Under the pieces are notes generated by a model that was not told the origin of the DNA, made no database searches, and was given only the letters and a program-made list of their open reading frames with translations. DNA of 64,000 nt from Amoebidium appalachense (taxonomy: Eukaryota > Protista > Ichthyosporea), in NCBI GenBank assembly GCA_963693365.1, contig CAVNZM010000003.1:14863143-14927142 (forward strand), read 5' to 3'. Numbering within the stretch: the first letter of the stretch is position 1; every line of letters starts with the position of its first letter. The position numbers were made by a program, and so were the translations under genes. Shown piece after piece: positions 38,462 to 56,111 of the stretch.

Positions 38462-41400
38462 ATGCTCTCCTTTCTTTTCTGGAATGCTCGTAGTCTAAAT
38501 AAGAGTAAAGCACAGTTTCTTCTTTCGTTACCCCAACAGGAGTTCCCGTTTATTGTTGTCGCAGAAACGTGGTGGCGAGACCACGCCACACTCCGTCGGT
38601 CTGGACGGCTCGTCGGCGAGTCTACTCAGCCTGTGGGCCACAAGCCTCACTCCGGCATAGTGTTCATCGCCGCCTACCACTTTGTTAACCACTGTTCAGT
38701 TATAGCACGTACAATACACACACTCACCATCTCAGTTTGTGGCCATATATGCACTTTTGTTTATTTTCCACCTAGCCTTCCACTTCTAGCACTTAAACAC
38801 GAACTTAACACCATCGCCCCACATAACCCCACACTAGTGTTAGGAGACTTTAATAGCCCGCTAACTACCACCCCACACCCCCTACACGGCCACCCACAGG
38901 CCCTACTTAAACCCAACCACCCACGCACGCCAACCTTTCACACTTTTGTTACAGCCTTACGCCTTACTCTTCCATCTGTAGTACAAGAACACCGCACGGA
39001 CTGGGGGGCAGCCTCTGGTCCTTGCACCTTACACATACACCACAACCTACACCCCCCACCGTCAGACCACCTACCTATAGTCTTTCGCACTACACTTAGC
39101 CTTTCTACGCCGTCACCACAACACACTTACAGACTTAACGTACGCGAACTTAAAAGCCAGCGCGGCCAAGCAGACACTCGCTTCTTTTTCGAGACGGTGC
39201 AACCGAGTCTGTTATCGCTTGTGCGTGATGGACGCCAAACCCCACTACGCACCGACCAGACCTTCATCGATAGCGTCTGGTCTACAGTACGAGAAACCTT
39301 GTGGGACATAGGTGAATATGCCTGTTTAGGTGCCCAAGTTTACCCACAAGCACGAACTACACACACTCGCGGCCCTCGAGCGGAGGCTGCCTTACGTAAG
39401 CCTCTACTGTATCACATGCTATTGGGTAATATTCGGAAGATTGATCGCGGCGATCATTCGATTCGAATAACGGCCGACCCGTCATCCGACCCGGAATCTG
39501 CAACCGATTCCTTTTACGGCACCCTGTTTAAACGTAACCCGACATGTATGGCCACGGATCTGGGGCAGGCGCCCCCTCCTGTTTTTGTTCCACCCTCCGA
39601 CACACCACCACCACCACACACGGCGTGGCCAGCGGGGCCGGCTGAGTTTGGGGCGGAATTGGGGGAACTTTTTACCCCAGATGCGGTATGGCAGTTAGTC
39701 TCCCGTTACCCGTCCCGCAAAGCGTGCGGGCCGGACGGCATCCCTATGGCACTACTTAAGGTACTCATCCCACCCCGACCCGAGAAAGACGAAAAGCGTG
39801 GCCCGCCGCCACCACTTACATGTATTCTTAGCGAGTTGTTTAGCTGGTATTCTGATGTCGGTAAAGTGCCCTCGGAGTGGCTAGCCACCTTAGTGTTTCC
39901 CATCAAGAAAACGGTTGCACAGGGTCCCATCCACGAATTTCGCCCTATCACCCTTACGTCCGTTTTTCGCCGATTATTCGAAAGTGGCCTTTTACAGGCC
40001 TTTTCCCGTAACCCCACCCTTAAGCAGGCTTCCCAGCTGAGCCCTCTTCAGGCGGCGTTTCGGCATCGACACTCATGTTACGCACAAATCCTCACTCTAC
40101 ATAATGCAACTCAAAGTGATACCGAGCACCTCGTATTTATCGATTTTAAGAACGCGTACGACACGGTCGACCTCCCTCGCCTGTGGGCCAAGTTGGCCAC
40201 TCGCGGTGTCCCATTCCAAATGGGTCGGCTACTGGAAGCTATGTTTACGTTTACACGCGGACGAGCGGTGGTTAATGGGCGGCTATCCCCAGGGTTCACC
40301 CGCACGCGCGGGGTACTTCAAGGGTCCCTGCTAAGTCCTCTTCTTTTCAACCTGTATATTGATGATTTAGCCGACACTCTTTCTGCGGCACAAATTGACG
40401 GGGGGTTGCCATCCCAGGCTCCCCCCGCCCTCTTTTTTGCCGACGATATTGTGCTTATGTCATCCGATCCTCTCGAACTACGGCAATACATTCGTGTGGT
40501 TGAACATTGGTGCCAGCGCAACGATATGCAGATTGATGTCAAAAAGTGTGCCCTTTTATCAAAATCGATACCGGCATGGGACGACGTTTGTATTTTCGGC
40601 AGTCCCCTCCCTCGTCCAATCGAATACAAGTATTTGGGGAATCCGGTGGATGAATGGGGCATATGTTTCAAACGGATGATCGACCGTCGGGTGGAGAGTG
40701 CAGGCAGGTGTCTTCGGTTATTTCGGGATGTGTATCTTGCTACTCTTTCTCATACTGTCCCCCTATACAATCGTCTTAGTATATTTCGCACATATATTCG
40801 CCCTTTGTCGGAATACGGGTTGCCCTTACTAGCTATGGCACCCCCTGATACTGTTACTAATGTCCTCAAATCATTAGATGATTTCCATTACACAACTTGT
40901 ATGTTTCTCACTGGTCTTTCCACACCTATCCCTAGACGCCTTTTTGATTCTCTCTACGCACTCACACCACCATCACAACGCGTACACGAATTAGCCCTTA
41001 AATTTCACGAGCACATCACCCGCCTGTCCGCTTGTGCCCCGGACCACCCGCTCTTCCGGCTACACGCATCCCCGCCGGATTCGCCCCTCTACCTCTTCCC
41101 TTCCCCATCGTCTGTGCCCATTGCCGAGCGCTATGTGGAATGGCTGGCGACCCCCCCGGAGGTACGGCTAGATCATAGTGTGAATATGAATAGTTTCAAG
41201 TCTATGGCTGATAGATATCTTTTTACTCTACGTGTTGAGTCCCTTCCGGTGTTAGGACCGCAAAAACACCAACTACTAGTAGCCTATATGGCGGATACGG
41301 TTAAAGAGTCTCGTTCATACATATGCATAGATTCGTTTATTCGTAATGTGGTGTGGTGTAAAAACGCAAAGATGATTATGGCTTGGCGGTGTAATCGGTT

Positions 41401-41530
41401 TCTGGTGTCTCCTGCTCGTATGTGTAATATGTGTGGGGGGCGGTTTACTCGCGGCTGCATATCTATCAATGCTGGAAAACGCAGTAGGCCGTCGAATGTG
41501 GCTGGGCCTCCGGCAATGTCCACGCAATAA
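38462..41530 (+). CDS. Retrotransposon ORF2: apurinic-like endonuclease plus reverse transcriptase (1022 aa)
   Basis: APE motifs WNARSL, AETW, LGDFNS, SDHLPI. RT motifs FRPITL, IDFKNAYD, QGSLLSPLLFNLYIDDL, FADD, YKYLG. C-terminal CNMC…C. Confidence 0.95.
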   Translation: MLSFLFWNARSLNKSKAQFLLSLPQQEFPFIVVAETWWRDHATLRRSGRLVGESTQPVGHKPHSGIVFIAAYHFVNHCSVIARTIHTLTISVCGHICTFVYFPPSLPLLALKHELNTIAPHNPTLVLGDFNSPLTTTPHPLHGHPQALLKPNHPRTPTFHTFVTALRLTLPSVVQEHRTDWGAASGPCTLHIHHNLHPPPSDHLPIVFRTTLSLSTPSPQHTYRLNVRELKSQRGQADTRFFFETVQPSLLSLVRDGRQTPLRTDQTFIDSVWSTVRETLWDIGEYACLGAQVYPQARTTHTRGPRAEAALRKPLLYHMLLGNIRKIDRGDHSIRITADPSSDPESATDSFYGTLFKRNPTCMATDLGQAPPPVFVPPSDTPPPPHTAWPAGPAEFGAELGELFTPDAVWQLVSRYPSRKACGPDGIPMALLKVLIPPRPEKDEKRGPPPPLTCILSELFSWYSDVGKVPSEWLATLVFPIKKTVAQGPIHEFRPITLTSVFRRLFESGLLQAFSRNPTLKQASQLSPLQAAFRHRHSCYAQILTLHNATQSDTEHLVFIDFKNAYDTVDLPRLWAKLATRGVPFQMGRLLEAMFTFTRGRAVVNGRLSPGFTRTRGVLQGSLLSPLLFNLYIDDLADTLSAAQIDGGLPSQAPPALFFADDIVLMSSDPLELRQYIRVVEHWCQRNDMQIDVKKCALLSKSIPAWDDVCIFGSPLPRPIEYKYLGNPVDEWGICFKRMIDRRVESAGRCLRLFRDVYLATLSHTVPLYNRLSIFRTYIRPLSEYGLPLLAMAPPDTVTNVLKSLDDFHYTTCMFLTGLSTPIPRRLFDSLYALTPPSQRVHELALKFHEHITRLSACAPDHPLFRLHASPPDSPLYLFPSPSSVPIAERYVEWLATPPEVRLDHSVNMNSFKSMADRYLFTLRVESLPVLGPQKHQLLVAYMADTVKESRSYICIDSFIRNVVWCKNAKMIMAWRCNRFLVSPARMCNMCGGRFTRGCISINAGKRSRPSNVAGPPAMSTQ

Positions 41531-42137
41531 AAAGTGTGTAAACCCCCCTTTGATACAAGGCACGGCCCTCTGAAAAAAATACAAGGCCTCCTGTTTACTT
41601 AAAGAAGGACTTGGTTTGATATCACGACCATGTCTTTACACATGCTCATTCTTGTCATTTCCTGGAAAGAGGAGAAGGTATAGACCTTTCACTATTTAGG
41701 TGCGTGTGGTTAGCATTACAGAGTTAGCGTGGTCTATTTGCAACGTTCTGGAAGCACACCTTTGTAACACGCGCGCATTTTGGTGAACACTGATAGCTAC
41801 AGCATCTTGTTGGACATCGAACAACTCGCTAACACTGGGGAAGTGCCCTAGGTGGTGTTCTTGATCTTCCCTTTGTGTATATATAAAAATAACACAACAT
41901 ATCACAACATCTCTAAGAATCATCGTACTATCATCTTTATATTGCATGGCTCTTTTTCGACTCGTGGCCGTGAACGGAGCACACGACACTGTTTAACAAA
42001 CATCGAGGTACGAAAGAATACGTTCACGCCTTTGATGGGCAACTCCGTTTGGGGGCTGAGGACGCTCACTTTTTTACCGGCAATTATACTTCACACGAGT
42101 CTAAGATGTTGACCCTAAGCGGAGATACCCCGACATC

Positions 42138-46993
<4,856 letters not shown>

Positions 46994-47820
46994 ATATTGC
47001 AGGAAAACGAAATTACGGTGGAAACTTAGATGAAATGGTCCAGAATATATGGGATGTACGGTGAATTCAAAAGGGATGTGGCCCCATCTAGCGAATCAGC
47101 GGAAAAACCCAATAAGGTATCAAACATGGTGGTGTTTGGGGTTTATTCGGAGTGTGGGGCTTCGAGCAGGAGTATTTGTGTGTGAGTGTTGTGATCGTAA
47201 AGATGTAAAGATGTGCTGTTGGTTTGCGTGTGCATTTATGGATGTTTTATAGTTTGCCCATTGGCTCAATCTTGGTAGACAGTGTGAACCTTCGTGGTCA
47301 TATATTTATACTTTGTAGTTAAGAAACTTATCAGATATATAGACGGTGTAAACCATATAGGGCGTGAAATATGCCCTCTCAGACTAGATATACTGAAACG
47401 GTGATAAGAGGGATATATAGGCCTTTTGTAAATATCATGATCCACTGTAAGATATGCTCTGGATATCCTATGATGAGAAAACAAACATATCTAGTGCCGC
47501 GATAAGTGTGTTACGCGAAAAGATGTGCTCCAAATGTACTGCTATTATTGTAATAACCGTAAATATATATGATACATACTAGTATGCTTGATGATATGCA
47601 CTGTTCCTACAGTATTGTGAAGCAGATATGATATCGTGTTAGATTTTCACTGAACATATGGTGAGTGTAATAATAAGGCTCTGAAAACAGTAATTCTGAA
47701 AAATTGTGGTGGATATATTGCTAAGGTGATATATGCATACTGATTGAAATATTAAAAGTTAATCAGATCCCGCACGGTATCCCAGAGATTTAGAGATGTG
47801 GACATGGCCCTGCAGCCATC

Positions 47821-47851
<31 letters not shown>

Positions 47852-47941
47852 TACGCGCCCCCTCCAACCACCACCACCACCACTTGGTTCATTACGGTGA
47901 CCACCACCACCACCACCACCACAGTCCCCTCCAGATCCCCA

Positions 47942-47978
<37 letters not shown>

Positions 47979-48753
47979 ACCCTCCCATATATGAAGTTAT
48001 GAAACAACTCGATAACAATAAAACCACTTATCATGACGTGCCTGTGACCAACGAAAGTGCTACGTGCGCACCGAGACGCAAAGGCATGCCCACGCACGTA
48101 CGGAGACATGCACACCATCTGCAGCTATCAGGGGGAGGATGGGGGGGGGGGGGGGGGGGGGGGGGCTAGTAACAGGCATATTGCGGTGTGCATCGATTAC
48201 TGGGAACTATGCATTTAATGTTTGAATGCGCTTGAGCAAGACATCGAGGTTTAACAGTGACTGAGTCATATGTTATAAACTCATTAGTCACTCTGGTTGT
48301 ACATGTGACCCCCTTTGGTCGACGCTTATGTGTGCCCAAAAATTTTCCTGCCTGGATGTGTATGTCCGTGTATCTATGTGCCTGTGTGGCACGTGTCATG
48401 TGTGTGCGCATTTCAAACACGTCTTTCTCCCAGCGCCGGTCTTTCTGCACGCGCCGGTTTTTCTCCTTTTGCGGTAGCTTTAGGGCGGCCACATAAAATA
48501 TGCTGCAAATGGCTTCCCCACAGCCGCTGCTCCTATCAAAGCCTGTTAGGCAGTAGTAAGTCGGAGCAATGAGACTTGGGCCACCCAAAGAAAGCATTGT
48601 TCGTGTTCCAGAATAATGGAACACACTTTACAGTGATTCGGATTACATGTGGGCACATCTTAACGTCGATATAGCAGTGGGCCTGGGGTTTTTTCTTTTT
48701 TCCCTGTAGCTTTAATTTTTTTTTAAGGAGGGGGGAGGGGTTGGAGGGTGTGT

Positions 48754-48828
<75 letters not shown>

Positions 48829-49240
48829 TGGTCGTTTTGGTCGAACACTTCCTTCTGGATGCGCCACATGGGAGTTGCGTAACCATGGTGCAATTTCTTG
48901 CTGTCGAACCATAAAATTTGGATGGTCTGTTTGCACAGCCCTGAAATTCATGGAGCAAGAGGAAATAAAGGCGGATGTTCATCTTGCTCGACATGGCAAT
49001 TACTTGCAATCTTCCGTTCAGCAGCACCGGTATGTATTTTCCTGTGCATACATAATGTAGGAGCTTAAGAGTCTGGCGCAAACGTAACACTTTTTCCTTG
49101 TGCTTTCTTTGCTTATTCTTCTTCTTCGAATTCTTCTTCTTCTTTCGTTCCAGTGTGTGTGTGTGTGTGTGTATGTGTTTGTGTGTGTGCGTGTGTGTCT
49201 CTTAGACTATTTGTGTGCATGTGCATGTGTGCGCGCGCGT

Positions 49241-49288
<48 letters not shown>

Positions 49289-50258
49289 GTGTGTGTTCTT
49301 TACGGAGGTATTATTTAAAATGCGCCAAAGCCTCATTGTAGGGCAGGTAGAACCCTGCATGAAACTTGGCTGTGGGGGGTGAGTTATAAGGGATGGGTGG
49401 ATGGGTGAGCGTGGGTGATAGTTTGTGCCACTGGCTGGGGGGGGGGGGGGGGGGACCATGTGAAGGGCTTTGGTCTATAGTGTTCGACAACATCAGTTAT
49501 CTTGATTGCAGTACCACTCTTCAAATGGAAACGTCGTATCACAACAGCGAGTCTTTTGTTTCCTTTATGGACAATGTGTTGGCGGTGATGTAGGGTATGT
49601 GTGTATGAGAGGGTGGAGGGGAGGGTGGATTGCAAGGGCAGGGAGAGGGCGGTCGTGGGGGGTGGGAGTGGTTGTTGTTGTTTTGGGGGGGGGGGGGGGG
49701 GGGGAATCAGTGAGACACAACTTAGTACTACTTCTGCAGCAGGTAAATACAGGCTGAAAACGATTGGGGCTCGCCAAGGCGGGAGGTTGGTATGCATGTG
49801 AGAGGTACTGTAACACAGGTATATATCTGCAACTTTGTGTTGATGTCAACGTGGACCAGGTGGCGATGGTGGTGACGGTTAGGGTGTTTTTTCTTTGCTG
49901 GGTTTTTCCTATTTTTTTTTTAAAAGGGGCAGGGGGGGGGGGGGGGGGTGGCCGGGGGAGGAATTAGCCGTCTTGACCAGTAAATTTAAATTTAAACTTC
50001 AACAGACGGGCTGACCAAAATGGATATCTCTGATGCGAAACTCTCAAAGGACCGGCTGTATGTACAGTCACCAGTAGAGCTTTGTCAATGAGCATGTTGA
50101 AGCGGGAATCGAAACCAGCATGCATCGTGTTCGAAATTACAAACACCTTGCATAAAAAAGGAAATCAATATGCACATTTAGGAGGAAGAGAACTTCACGG
50201 TAGTAACTTCCTTCCTAAGGTTTCTTTCTAAACTTTCTTTCCTTTTTTTCTTTTTTTT

Positions 50259-50318
<60 letters not shown>

Positions 50319-51264
50319 GGCCATGGGGAGGGGGGTGGGTGGGAGGGGGGGGGGGGGGGGTAGGAGGGGGAGGTGGTGGTGGTTGGGGGGGGGGGGGGGG
50401 GGGAGGCACACTAACACGTGTTGACGGGCTGCGGCTGAAGAAAAAGGGTTTTTTTTGGCAAAGTGAAGGAGGGGGAAGTCTACAAGAGCACCAGTACCGT
50501 CATGATATGCGCCTTTATTTTCAGGACCTCCGAGCTGCAACATGGCAACCGTTACATGCTAAGGCTCCGACCTTCCCTAACATATACTTACATGACCGCA
50601 ATACCTTTCAACTTGCTATCGATGAAACTTTGCTAATCCTTTATATAGGGGCCTTTTACTCAAGAAACCTTTTGCCCGTATGCTAATGGCTAGTGCACAC
50701 GTAAATACAAATGAACACTTGACACTCCAGTCACAACGTACCCTGATCATGTTTTAAGTAAAACAGGCCTGAGGGTTCACTCGCAACCGGTAATAAACGG
50801 GAGTGTTATAAACACTTAGGTCACTTGCTCTGATTTCAGTTTAATGAAACAGGCCTGATGGGTCTTCAGCAACCGGTAATAAAGCCTTTAAGTCGGGCAA
50901 CCCCTGCCTGTAATATGTCAAGAGTCAAGGTGTGTGTGTACCACTGAAAAGGATTGCTTGTGCAATGGATGTGCGGGCGGCCTTTGGTGCCCTATCAGGA
51001 CTTTCATGATGCTATAGGTTTTTGAGCATCACCCGAGGTGGTGAGTGCGTGGCCGCCAAAGAGACCAATCCCGTTTGCACCAAACGTGTATTAGCAGGGT
51101 TGGAATTGTGATTGTGGGATTGAATAGTACCGAAGAACAGCGAAAAGTCTGTGCACAAGGCTCGATTATAGAAAGGGTGACACTCAGAACCTTTTGCTGC
51201 ATATAACCTCGAAATGGATGCAGGGAACGTGGCCCAAAGGGCCTTAAGTCTGGAAGCAAATGAG

Positions 51265-51388
<124 letters not shown>

Positions 51389-52534
51389 GGTGGGGCTGGG
51401 AGTCATTCACACACCGTTCATGCCTAATAGACTAGAGCAGGTAGAACTGCAGCAATCTGCACTGGGCTGTGGAGGAGTTGGGGGGGGGGGGGGGGGGGGG
51501 GGGGGGAGGGGGGGAGGGCTAGGTTGGGGGGTGGGGGGGGGGTTGCGGGGGTTTTTTTTTTTTTGGGGGGGGGGGGGGGGGAGGGGGGAGGGGGGGGAAG
51601 GGGGGAGGGCGGGAGGGGGATGTATGCATGAGGGGGTTCCGGGTTAGGAGATACGACACATTAAAATTCAAAATACTACGCCACAAAAAATACAAAACCC
51701 ATAAAGCAAATCATAGTAAACAGGTGAGAGACGCCCCCGGGGGGGGGGGGGGGGGGGGGGGGGGGAAGCTTACGTCGAGGCTCTCTTTATCAAAAGGAGC
51801 TCGTTCTGTCTATGGCAAGTGTTCGATGTCATGATATATATATATCTGTTCTTAGCCTTTTCTGGCTCCCAATCTCAATAAAACTCATTATGAAACATCC
51901 AAAAATTCTTTTAAACATTTCCGAATCGTGACGGTCAAGTTTACCCACCCATGTCTGAGTGGTCCTTTAGATCATGTATTGTTACATGTACAGTTACAAA
52001 CGAGTAGTGCCATAATATACCATGTTGTTTGAAGTGCTTATATCATAATTTTCGCAACACGCATGCATAAAGTCATACATCTGTTTATCTGATATCCCTC
52101 CCCGTTTGATCGTTCCGGATCCCTCGCTAACGGGTAACTAGGTTACCAGCTACATCGATACAGTTTGTGCCCTTTTACACTTCCTCACGTTCAACAAAGC
52201 GCAGCTGTAGCATCTACATATCAGTCTTGCCCTGTTAACAATTTTGCGCAACACGATGTCACTGAATACCTTCTCTTTATCTCTTGCAAGCACGACACAC
52301 AATTTGTATAGAAATTAGAAAAGTCAAAGAGTTTAGGTGTAGCGGTGGCATATACATACACCAGCCTTGTTATATTCACACTTACATACAACACGCAAAT
52401 TGAGCTAATTATATATCCACCTGTCTCCTTTTCATTCCCGATTATATCACTGATGATCCTTACCGTAGTACTACTACTAGTTTTAGATATAAAATATTTT
52501 TAGTAAAACAGCTAACATTTGATTTAAAGACCAT

Positions 52535-53001
52535 TTAAAGTGCGGCAGTTGCATGTGCCTGCGGTGCCACATTAACATTCATATGCAGAACATTCAGCGG
52601 GTCATATTTGGCCTTAATCTCCGCCAGCCTCTGCCCATGCGACCCGAAATACATTTCGAGCCGGGCCGTCTGACCCGTGGACTCTGGTGCCCGGCCCAGA
52701 AACTCCATGTCGTCGCATGCAGGCAGTATGCCGTATGTCTCCTTGCTGAAGGCTTCCATAGTCGTGCACACAGTGCGTGCCCACGTGACGATAGACTCCC
52801 TGTGCGTGTGGGCCAGCATTTTAAGTTTTATGATCACTTTTGATTTATTAAACAATTTGGTTTATATTGTAGGCAAAGTGACTGTTATTGGAAATTGACA
52901 CATTATAGAATCCCCTGTCCCCTAAACTGAGTAACTACATTGCAGGTTATTTGTTTGCAGGCTCTCCTGTCTTTAGGGTCCCCCCCCCCCCCCCCCCCCT
53001 C

Positions 53002-53038
<37 letters not shown>

Positions 53039-53745
53039 CCTCCCCCTCCCCTTCCCTCCTTCCCCTTTCCCCCCCTCCCTCCCCCAAACACCCCTCGGAG
53101 TACCCAATAAGTTAGGGGGATGAAAAAACGTAATCGGGTACGCCGTTGCCCGCGAAAATACCATTGGACATATTGTGCAATATTCTCCCAGGTAACTTTC
53201 GTCGAATTCAGGTTGTTTCGTTCGCCTTTCTCTTCTACACACCCAACCCGTCCAACCCCATAACCCCGTTTACCTTACTCTCTCCGTATTCCACCCTGGT
53301 TCCTGCCATAATAAGGATAGCATAAAAACGCCGCAAAAAAAAAAAACAATGGCTCCGGAGTCATGCAATAACCAAGTTTTCTAGATAGATTTATATCATT
53401 GTAGTGCAGAGAGAATACCCTTTTCACTCACCTTTCTTTCTCCGTGCCGCTGGGAAACTTTGCCGACACAATCAACCAATAGCGCGCCTGCCTGTGTCCT
53501 ACAGCCCCCCACGTGCCACACGCCGCCTTTCCCCCTAGAGCCATAAGTACCAGTGCACAGTGCCGTGAAGGGATCTGATTGGTGAGTTGCACCAGAGCAT
53601 CCATCGCTTCATTGGTCAATTCGGGGAGGAGGAGGCCTCTGACGTAGTAGTGGGAAGGAGCTACATTCTTACCGTCTGGACCTGTGGGTGTGTGTGTGGG
53701 GGGGGGGGGGGGGGGGGGGGGGGGGAGAGGGGGGGGGGGAGGGGG

Positions 53746-53793
<48 letters not shown>

Positions 53794-54844
53794 ATGTGTG
53801 TAAGATATGGGTTGTCAGCGGATGTGTGGGTGGTGGCTAATGCTAGGTAATGTCAGCCTTTCAGCATATTTTTCCTCCCCACCCCCCCCCCCTCCCCCCC
53901 CCTCCCATTTTTGTCATACAATTTCTCTACTTCCTCGTTGTTTGTGGGGAAATGGGGAGGCAAAAAGGAGGAAGGAGAAGCGGCGGCGGGGGGGTGGGGG
54001 GGGGGGGGGTGGGGGGATTATTCAGCCACATGTGGTTTGTTTCATGAAAACACGCCTACGCACGGCCATGGCAGTTGTAACAGCACTCTTGGACACACAC
54101 ACAAGGGGGAAAACACGCAAACAGCCACAGACATGCAGTTGCAGACCGAGCAAACACGGACTGCACACATCCGGGCACAGATGCATGCACATGCAAAAGA
54201 TCCACCCACCGGCTCAAACACAGGCAGACACAGAGACACACAGTGATATACATACATGCGCGCCTAAACTCATGCACACGCACACACAGACACACACACA
54301 CAGTCACACGAACACAACCACGAATACCCACGTGCATATGCACGCAAAGGCAAGCTCTCAGACACACACACACACGCACACACACACACACACGCACACA
54401 CACACACACACACTCACACATACGCACGCACCTTGGATAACTCTCTGCACGTGGGTGTAGTAATCCACCACGCAGTTCGTTGTGTCCCGCACCGGCCACC
54501 CGTTTCCTTTCCCTCTCACATTTTTCTCAAAATACTTTTCCCCTTCATCATGTTTTCCCATCCAGAAACACACCTCTATGACAGGGGTGTTGGTCAAAAT
54601 GAGATTTGCCGCAAATTCGTCGGGAGCTGCAGAAATTCTCTCGTGGAATCTGGAAATTATGTTTTTCCGACTTGAAAAAGGGCCACAACCTAAAGGGAGG
54701 TGGATTCTCTCGCCACCCAAAACTTTCCCCTTTTCGGCGAGTGGGTGTAGGCGGAAGGTGAATTTTGTGACGATGCCAAAGTTACCACCGCCACCACTCA
54801 GCCCCCAGAGAAGATCACTGTGTGTGTGTGTGTGTGTGTGTCAC

Positions 54845-54929
<85 letters not shown>

Positions 54930-56064
54930 TGTTTGTGTGTGTATGTGTGTGTGTGAGTGCGGGCGTTGTGCGAGTGTGCGTGTGTGTGCGTTTGTGTTGA
55001 GGGAAGTCTGGATGCGTGTGTGTGAAGAGGTATGTGCATGTGTTGACGGTAGGGTGGATGGGTTGATAAGTTGGTGGGTTGGTGAGTGCGTGTTTATTTG
55101 TGTCATGCACACCGCACCCAAGTGTCTCCGTCATGTATGTGATGCAGCACATGCATGCTTGTGGGCTTGTGTCATGTGTGAACCTACAAGCATGCTTGTG
55201 TCATGTGTGAACCTATGTGCAAATGTCTGTATATTTATGGGTGCAGGTAGGACGGACGGTAGGCTCCACTACTAAAGCATTTTAATGAGATCAAGAAGGA
55301 AAGCACGAGGATCGTGCGTGTGTGATTGAGTGTGGATGAGTTGGGCTTCCGGAAGGGAGGGGAGGGAGGAGGGGGAGGGGGGGGGGGGGGGGGGGGGGGG
55401 GGATGATATGATAAGTTGTATTGAAGTGAAGATGCATGAGAGGTTTTTCGGTGTCTGGTAGTGTGAATGACTGTTGTGCGCTGTCCCTTTACCTCTGTAC
55501 GTCTGCACAAGCACGTTCGAGTCTGCATGATTCTCCTTTGAAAGAATGTGAAATCTATTCCAGCACATTGGTTTAATCGCTTCTTCCAGTGTAATCTTCC
55601 CATCTAAAATATATCTATAACACGCTTACACTGTTCCCCTGTATTTCTTATATTCATATTGTGTCTAACAAACCATCTACCCTTAGTACTAGTCTACATT
55701 GTGCGTGCCCAGGTACCTGTAGCTGTTTTTCCGTGTTGCAATGTGTGCGTGTGTGTGTAATCTTCCCGTCTACTAGTATATCTACAAACACTGAGTCTCT
55801 TACACCATTCCCCTCTAGTAATTTATTCATATTGTGCCAAACAACCCAATCATACTTGAAAACTAGTCTACATTGCGTACACTCACCTGTAGCTGTTTGT
55901 GTGTGTTGCAATGACCACCTCCCCACTGGGCAAGGCCACCTCTGCAGCCAACAGACTATCTACCGTCATCCCCAAAGTCCGCTCAAGCCATCCATGTCCT
56001 CCCTGAAGGGTTAATCCTGTACATATATGCATTGTGTGAGTGCATGGGCCAGGTTGAGTGAGTG

Positions 56065-56111
<47 letters not shown>

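Larger units (their letters stand above)
36793..41548 (+). mobile_element. Non-LTR retrotransposon (ORF1 plus APE-RT ORF2) with a 5' tandem-repeat head; candidate 9-bp TSD TTTGATACA
   Basis: TTTGATACA at 36784-36792 and at 41549-41557. Two-ORF layout. No poly(A) tail. Confidence 0.85.
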
